64,000 nucleotides of DNA. Origin: an uncultured Acidobacteriota bacterium. GTDB lineage: Bacteria; Acidobacteriota; Terriglobia; UBA7540. This document shows positions 57,728 through 64,000 of this stretch, in pieces. Made by a program: the position numbers and the translations under genes. The notes beneath the pieces were generated by a model. The model saw only the letters and a list, made by a program, of their open reading frames with translations, had not been told where the DNA came from and searched no databases. Where the stretch lies: the NCBI GenBank assembly GCA_963804995.1, contig CAWDSK010000005.1, forward strand, positions 320,001-384,000. Direction: 5' to 3'. Position 1 is the stretch's first letter, and every line of letters starts with the position of its first letter.

Positions 57728-59281
57728 TTACGGCGTGGGCATATTACCGATCGTACCGGCCAACGGTTTCCAAATGCACGTGGTAATCGAAATGCCGGGT
57801 AAGCTGAGCGGAAGGGTTCGGCCTCCGTAGTCCACACGCACCTGGACATCGGTGGGCCGTGTATTCAACAATTGGACCACCCAATACCATCCACCCTCCG
57901 CTTCGGGAGAGAGAAAAGCCAGTACTTGAATCCCCGGGTAAGCACCATTCATATTGGCCCGCACCGCACCGGGCCGCACGAACTTGCTGAAATGCGCCAG
58001 ATAGTAATAGAGCCCGGTGTAATACACTTTCTTGGTCTGGCGGTTCACGACCACAACGGGCTGTTGCGCGTTTGGGTCGGGATCAAGGTGGACGGGTGAC
58101 ACCACCCAGGGCCCTCCCTGTTGGTCGAGGATCATATTCCAGTAGACCCAGGCGGAGGCCCCTGCCTGGATGTCGGAGAAAATCATGCTCCCCCAAAACG
58201 TTCCATCCGCGAAGGCGTACTGTGGCAAAGGTCTCGTCTGCTGCGCCGCGGCATCGTTGACGAAACACACTTCCGTCATCCACAGGGGCAGGTCGGGATA
58301 GGCTTGGCGGAGGCGCGCGATTTTATCGAATTCGCTTCGTTGCTGCAAATAATCATAGCCATGATAGGGGAGTGCCTTCACATATTGCCGGGCGTCAGGA
58401 TCATCCAGAACGGCCGGATAGTATTGGGAGGCTTGCGAGCGGGTTGGGGCCTCACCGAGCATGATCTGGCTCTTCACCCCGGCCTTTTCGAGAAGCGGGC
58501 CAACATGGTTCTTGAGCAGCTCACGTATCTCGGCGTATGAAATCGCGGTATATCCCCCGTAATCAATCCGTGGCTCGTTAAACAAACTCAGGTAGTCAAT
58601 TAACACGCCCTGCTTTTGGTATTCCTGGAGGTAGCGCAAGTAATAGTGGGCGAGGGCGTCATAATATTTCGGGTCGACGTCCTGATGCTTCTCCACATCC
58701 CTCAGCATCCAGTCCGGAGGATAATCCATCGGCGCTTGCAGCACGAATTTCCCATACTGGCGCGCGCGCTTGATGTAGGTGATGACGCCGTTCGGTCCCA
58801 GGTCCCGCTGAATTGAAAAATGCTTCATCTCCACGTCGCCCGGGGTGTCGTCGTAGGTGTAATACGGTCCCGCCGACATGAAATCCGTTCCCGCTATCGG
58901 AGTCTTCATCGCGGAAAAGCCTGCTCCTTTGACCGGATCAAAGAGCGAGCGAAGAACGGCCTCCTGATCGGCGGGGGGAAGATCCCTCAGGCAAATCATT
59001 CCGGCTTCCAGAAACGAGGCCCCGAATCCCTCCATCCTCTGGAGCATCACCCCCGTTTCGATGTTGTAAGCCGGCACGCTGCTGGTCCCTTGGGGTTGGA
59101 AATGAACCGCGGGCTTCAGGGTCAAGCGGTCTCCGGCTTGGGACGATACCACCACCTTTACTTCCTGTCCGAGCGCTGATCCCCAGCACCGGCTCGCCAG
59201 GAAAATGCCCAGCAGGCAGGTGCGGGCCCAACGGTTCACGCGAGGGAATGCAAATTCACGAGCAGGTGAATTCAGTGTCAC
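57728..59281 (-). CDS. Glycoside hydrolase family 30
   Basis: GFGASF, GTDF, PPDWM, LFNEP (acid/base), WMTEVC (nucleophile), WNMILD, HFSKFVRPGA. Confidence 0.9.
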   Translation of the reverse strand: MTLNSPAREFAFPRVNRWARTCLLGIFLASRCWGSALGQEVKVVVSSQAGDRLTLKPAVHFQPQGTSSVPAYNIETGVMLQRMEGFGASFLEAGMICLRDLPPADQEAVLRSLFDPVKGAGFSAMKTPIAGTDFMSAGPYYTYDDTPGDVEMKHFSIQRDLGPNGVITYIKRARQYGKFVLQAPMDYPPDWMLRDVEKHQDVDPKYYDALAHYYLRYLQEYQKQGVLIDYLSLFNEPRIDYGGYTAISYAEIRELLKNHVGPLLEKAGVKSQIMLGEAPTRSQASQYYPAVLDDPDARQYVKALPYHGYDYLQQRSEFDKIARLRQAYPDLPLWMTEVCFVNDAAAQQTRPLPQYAFADGTFWGSMIFSDIQAGASAWVYWNMILDQQGGPWVVSPVHLDPDPNAQQPVVVVNRQTKKVYYTGLYYYLAHFSKFVRPGAVRANMNGAYPGIQVLAFLSPEAEGGWYWVVQLLNTRPTDVQVRVDYGGRTLPLSLPGISITTCIWKPLAGTIGNMPTP

Positions 59282-59310
59282 ATCGTTCTCCTTTGCATAA
59301 ACACAGCCAC

Positions 59311-60657
59311 TTAACGTTGGTACTCGTAGGCGCCAATATCATATCTGGCCCCTTGCGGGCGGGGCACTCCGAGAAAATCCGTTTTCACTTCTTTTAGCTC
59401 AACTCCGCTATCCACCAGGGGCGAAGTTGGGCGCAGCCGGAGGTCCTTGCCTGCGACATCCACGAATTGGGGGTCGATACCCCACAGATCGTGCGGATAG
59501 GGGGCTTGGCTGCCCGCCTTGCCGGGAGGCCGGCCATCGCTCATGGATTGCAGGTTGTATCCTACGGCCCATCCCTCCTGGGTGCCCGATCGCGTGGCCA
59601 GATAACTTTGGCGATGGTTCCCCACATCGTAAAAGGCATTATTCTCGACGGTCGCGTAAGCCACTCCCGTCAGCAAAACCGCGGGAGCGTTGATCCGGTA
59701 GAAGGTATTGTTTAACACTTGCACGTAAGTGATGCGGTCCTTCTCGGTAGTGTCAACATTAATCCCCGCCCCCAGGTCCACGAAGATGTTATTTCGATAC
59801 AACAGGTGGCTAACCTCTCCGGAGGAATTCTCGACCATCGCTGCCTGTCCGGCCGGGCTGCTGGGATTGAGATCACAGCGGTTTTGCTCAAAGGTCATAT
59901 TGATTGCCGGCCCCCAGGTTTGAAAGCAATCAATATGCGGATCAAGGTTACCCAGATCAGAAAGCAGGATGTCATGGATGCGGTTGCCGCGAAAAATATG
60001 GCCCGTACCGAAAAAGCGCATGCCGTCTGCGTCCGCCCCATCCCACGCCGGCCCGCCAGGAGGATATTGGATCGTATGACTGACGTCGTTGTCCTCGATC
60101 AGGTTCCCCCTGCCCTCAACGTGGATGCCGGAATTCTGGGCCCCATAGATCCGATTCCCTTTTATCACGTTGTCGGCAAGCTGAGGGGAATTGGCGTCGC
60201 CTTCGCCCGCCAACATGATCCCTTCGTGGTAAAGATCGTGGAGATAGTTGTTCAGGATTTCATTGTGCTGGCCGTGCAAGTACACTCCATAGCTTTCCCG
60301 CGACAGAGTGATGCGGTTGGTGACCTCGAACCCCATCACCCGGATATAGTCAGCCACGATCGTGAACCCTTGGGTCAGGGCCCTGCCGTGGGCCTCAAAA
60401 GTGATCGGGCGCTGGAGAGCGCCGGAGCGCGTTACCTTGATGCGCTCCGCATAATCCCCTTCGGCAACCAAAACTGTATCCCCCGGCTGGGCAGCGTCGG
60501 CTGCCTTTTGGATGGTTCGCCAGGGAGCGTCGGCAGTTCCGCCATGAGTGTTGTCCCCTCTTTGGGCGTCAACATAAAACGTCCGCGCCGACCCCGTAGC
60601 TACGAACAGGGCGAGCCCCGCCACGAACATCAATCCCTTGATAGCCTCTTTACGCAT
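59311..60657 (-). CDS. Secreted right-handed beta-helix protein (DUF1565-type start)
   Basis: Signal peptide, FYVD..GT..PWRTIQKAA..PGDTVLV, Asn-rich coils, C-terminal DIGAYE. Confidence 0.85.
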   Translation of the reverse strand: MRKEAIKGLMFVAGLALFVATGSARTFYVDAQRGDNTHGGTADAPWRTIQKAADAAQPGDTVLVAEGDYAERIKVTRSGALQRPITFEAHGRALTQGFTIVADYIRVMGFEVTNRITLSRESYGVYLHGQHNEILNNYLHDLYHEGIMLAGEGDANSPQLADNVIKGNRIYGAQNSGIHVEGRGNLIEDNDVSHTIQYPPGGPAWDGADADGMRFFGTGHIFRGNRIHDILLSDLGNLDPHIDCFQTWGPAINMTFEQNRCDLNPSSPAGQAAMVENSSGEVSHLLYRNNIFVDLGAGINVDTTEKDRITYVQVLNNTFYRINAPAVLLTGVAYATVENNAFYDVGNHRQSYLATRSGTQEGWAVGYNLQSMSDGRPPGKAGSQAPYPHDLWGIDPQFVDVAGKDLRLRPTSPLVDSGVELKEVKTDFLGVPRPQGARYDIGAYEYQR

Positions 60658-60817
60658 GCGCGTTGACCTCTGGCATCCGAGTAAATTCAAATTAACTCCT
60701 CCCTCGCCGATTGGGGGCCGGAGGTGAGGGGGTTCTAGTGTCCAGCGGATAGCCACCGCCAGCAGAGGCTTTTGACTTTTGCCCTCTGCTTTTTGATTCC
60801 AGCTTTCCCACGCCGCG

Positions 60818-62402
60818 CTACGCCGTCTTCTGCCATTCGGCCAGCAGCGCTGACAAGCGGCGATAGCTTTCCTTCGGCGTCCCGTCCGCGCTTATGAGCC
60901 CCCCGTTGGGGATGAACGCCGGATCCGCGAAATCCCAGGTCGAGATCGCCTGCACCCACGGCTTGCTGTAGGCGATGGTGTAGACTTGCTCGAACCAATC
61001 GGCTTGCGAAGTCTCCGCAAAATCTTCGCCGTGCCATACGAACTTCGCGCCACCCGGGCCACCGCCCCACCACTCGCTCTTGCCTACACCTTGGGAAGAG
61101 GAGGAGATTCCCAATTCCGTCAAGTGGATGGGCTTCCCAAAGGTCCCGAACAATTCCAAGATTGCGTTCGAACTCCACCATGTCGCGGCCCGAATGATAG
61201 TACTGGAGCCCAATGGTCTCGTACTCGGCCCCGGCATCCTTAAGCATCGTGAGGTAGTCATACACGCACTGCTGCCACGGCGCGGGCTTGCGTGCCCATG
61301 TAGTAGTCGCTCCAGGTTCCGGTGTTGTTCACCACTCGGTAGCAGGTGGGATCGGTTTCGCGCGCGGCCTTCAAGCCGAGAGGGTCAGCTCCACGTTCTG
61401 CTGGCGCGTAAAGCCCGTCATATCGGTGCCAGTCTCAGGCTGAACGTGGGCTTCATTGATCACGTCCCACACATGCAAGCGGCTGCGGAAGCGGCTGATG
61501 GCTTCGCGCACGTGGGACAGGCAGAGCGCCCGGGTCTCAGCAAAGGGCAGGTTCTTAAGCCATGCCGGGGTAGCCTCCGCCACCAGGAAGATCAGCGGAT
61601 GCCCCTTGACCATGATGGAAGTATTTTCGAGAGCCCCGAGAATCGCTTCCGGCTGCGAATAGTCAGGCTGCCCTTTCTGGCGCTCCAACATGCCGCGGTA
61701 AAAGGGGATGGTCCCATAATTGAGGAGCTGGGTGTAATAATCCCGGTACCAATCCGGGCCCGTGGCAAACCCGAAGGCGTTCGAGCCAAACAGGAATCCG
61801 GGACGGGGCGGCTGCTTGGCGATTCGGTACTTGGCGCGTTCGAACACCAGCGCTTCGCCCGCCCACAGCGACTCGCGCAACGACTCCATCGTAGCCCGCG
61901 CGCAGGCGGCCCGGTCGCGTCGCGCATCGTCGGCCTTATGCAAAAACTCCACGGCGGCCGTGATCCGGCCTTCCGTGGCGGAGGGAATAACCACGCCCAG
62001 CTTCCGGCAGTCCTCAGCCAGATTCCGTACCGTGGCCAGGCGATCCGCGGCGAATTCATAGTTCAATAGCAGGTCGCCACTCTTCGCGAGAGAAGCACGT
62101 GTGTATCCGGCGCCGCGGTTGTCGGCGTAAAGAAAAACGTGACCGAACCCCGGAACCCGCAAGGGGACGGCGATACGGAAGGGCTTGGCAGGTGGCTCGA
62201 AAGTGACCTGGCCCGGCGCGAATTCCGGCTCTATGGTAAAAGGGCGGAGCAGCAGATCGCAGGTGTGAAATCGCGCCATTGCCTCAGTCGGAACCGGTTC
62301 GCCGCGCTCATCCAGAAGGGTGCAAGGCGCGGGCCGTGTCGCACGAGGAATGGGCATCACGGCAACTGCGCTCATCGCGGTGATCCACTCGCGTCTGGTC
62401 AT
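60818..62402 (-). CDS. GH10-like glycoside hydrolase with Tat signal, several frameshifts (~61150-61380)
   Basis: MTRREWI, FLFGSN, VKGHPL, WDVINEA. Later frames give IGLQ, PIHLTELG, NGGL..DGTPKESY. Confidence 0.8.
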
Positions 62403-62556
62403 GATGAATTCCCCCTTGTCGGTTGTTTCAAAACCGTGCTTTGCCGAAACACATCTACCTTAAAGGAATTGATTTGTCCAAGGTAATCTCGGACGGGGCG
62501 GATGAATTGGGATTGGGGCTGGCGCTTATCAGCGCACTCCTTTGTTCCCTTGTCAG

Positions 62557-62666
62557 CACCACCCCGTCGCTTGGCGCGACACCCCTCCTCATCTGAGGAG
62601 GGGTGTTCCGAGACAACTCCCCTCCTGATTCAGGAGGGGTGGCGCGCCGAGCGCCGGGGTGGTTAC
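62557..62666. repeat. CCCCTCCT/AGGAGGGG double-hairpin repeat, copy 2
   Basis: Matches 39816-39966. Confidence 0.85.
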
Positions 62667-62782
62667 GGTGGCGCCTTGGGGGCCCGGATGGTTATCCGCG
62701 GCGGGGCTGGCGCGAGGCGTAAATTTTTGGACGCTCTTGATTTTCTGGGGAAATTCGTTGCAAAATATAGCGCAATCAGAGA

Positions 62783-63445
62783 ATGGCGAACAGAGTACCT
62801 AGGCGAACATTTCGCTTAAATACGAAGACTCCCCTCACCAGAGTCAGCGAAGGGAAAAGTGTAGCGTCGTACCGGCGTAAGGAAGCGATCTTTGCGCAAG
62901 GTGATCCGGCGGACGCGGTGTTCTACGTTCAGACTGGACGGGTGAAGCTGACGGTAGTTTCCAAACAGGGAAAGGAAGCGATCGTAGCGCTTCTCGGTCC
63001 TGATGAGTTCTTCGGTGAAGGGTGCCTGGCTGGGCAGCACTTGCGCATGTCAACCGCCACGGCGATTGAAGACGCAACGATTCTTCGTCTCGACAAGAAA
63101 GTTATGGTGCGGCTGCTGCACACCGACGCAAAATTCTCGGAGATGTTCACAACCTACCTCCTCTCCCGCAACATCCGGTTTGAAGAGGATTTGGTCGATC
63201 AACTGTTCAACTCCAGTGAGAAGCGGTTGGCTCGAATTCTGCTTCTACTCGCACACTTTGGCAAGGAAGGCAAGCGCGAGCCAGTGATTCCGAAAATCAG
63301 TCAGGAAACACTGGCGGGAATGATCGGGACAACCCGGTCGCGAGTCAGCCATTTCATGAACAAGTTCCGCAAGCTTGGATTCATCGATTACAACGGCGGC
63401 ATGCGGGTTCACAGCTCACTCCTCAACATAGTCCTCTATGACTAA
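62783..63445 (+). CDS. Crp/Fnr family transcriptional regulator
   Basis: IFAQGD, FFGEGCL, SSEKRLARILL, SQETLAGMIGTTRSRVS HTH. Confidence 0.95.
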   Translation: MANRVPRRTFRLNTKTPLTRVSEGKSVASYRRKEAIFAQGDPADAVFYVQTGRVKLTVVSKQGKEAIVALLGPDEFFGEGCLAGQHLRMSTATAIEDATILRLDKKVMVRLLHTDAKFSEMFTTYLLSRNIRFEEDLVDQLFNSSEKRLARILLLLAHFGKEGKREPVIPKISQETLAGMIGTTRSRVSHFMNKFRKLGFIDYNGGMRVHSSLLNIVLYD

Positions 63446-63710
63446 AGTTCGCCCCTCGCGAAGATCTTGGGCCAACCCAGGCCCCAGTTGAGTCCCACCG
63501 ATTATTTGAAATGTGAGCAATATTGACCAGATTTCAATTTCTGAGAGCATTAGTCTGCGATGGGGCAGGATCGCGGCAAATCGCCGAATTCCTAAAGGAT
63601 CATTCAAGCGGCGAGATGGCCAGGCCGAGTGCAGTGTGCGCTATAGTCGACCTCAACGGCTTCCGCCGGTCCGCCCCATTTTATGAATCCGCGCACCGAG
63701 GCAAAACGCC

Positions 63711-64000
63711 GTGAATATTCTTCTCTACAATCCGGACAATGAAATCACCAATAATTTCATGCCGCACCTTTGGATGTTCCTACTGAAATCGCTCACGCCC
63801 TCGGAGCACAAGGTGTTTCTCATTGACGGCAATGCACGGCGTTTGACCAGCGAGCAGCTTGTCGAATACGTCCGCAAGAATCACATCGGTCTGGTGGGCA
63901 TTGGCGCCATGACGCGCATGATCCGGAAGGCATACCATATGGCGGATGCTGTGCGGGCGGCGGGTGTTCCGGTGGTGATGGGCGGCCCGCATGTCACCGA
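63711..64000 (+). CDS. B12-binding radical SAM protein, N-terminal part (runs off the window)
   Basis: Manual translation VNILLYNPDN..MPHLWMFLLKSLTP..LVGIGAMT..AYHMADAVRAAGVPVVMGGPHVT fits a cobalamin-binding domain. Confidence 0.8.
   Translation, partial: MNILLYNPDNEITNNFMPHLWMFLLKSLTPSEHKVFLIDGNARRLTSEQLVEYVRKNHIGLVGIGAMTRMIRKAYHMADAVRAAGVPVVMGGPHVT

Overview
High-GC bacterial chromosome segment, most consistent with Acidobacteriota (Terriglobia), judged from a PadR plus two ADOP-type permease genes and many Tat-signal proteins. 1-13.1 kb is the distal half of a phage-tail-like operon: a very short tape-measure-like gene, a Dit-like gene, a 1723-aa mosaic tail-tip protein and a ~1600-aa fibre-like protein with an apparent signal peptide. 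Its intergenic gaps carry host-type 7-8-mer hairpin repeats, and it ends with no lysis, integrase or att signal, so it is a candidate domesticated GTA/tailocin-like system. 13.3-32.4 kb is mostly housekeeping: DUF1015, two GalT paralogues, HAD, selB, maf, PpiD/SurA, FGE-sulfatase domain, Memo, DUF3160, tRNA(CAT), yvcK. 32.6-58 kb is accessory and punctuated by six copies of a ~150-bp GTAG REP-doublet element, one split precisely by a full group II intron. It also holds a Rieske/cytochrome b complex with a GltD-like flavoprotein, two toxin-deleted TA modules, PadR-ADOP permeases and duplicated FAD oxidoreductases. 55-64 kb encodes exported sugar/sugar-acid enzymes, Crp/Fnr and a partial B12 radical SAM gene. 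Several single-base frameshifts, some at homopolymers, suggest sequencing indels. All family calls come from motif recognition by eye; no searches were run.
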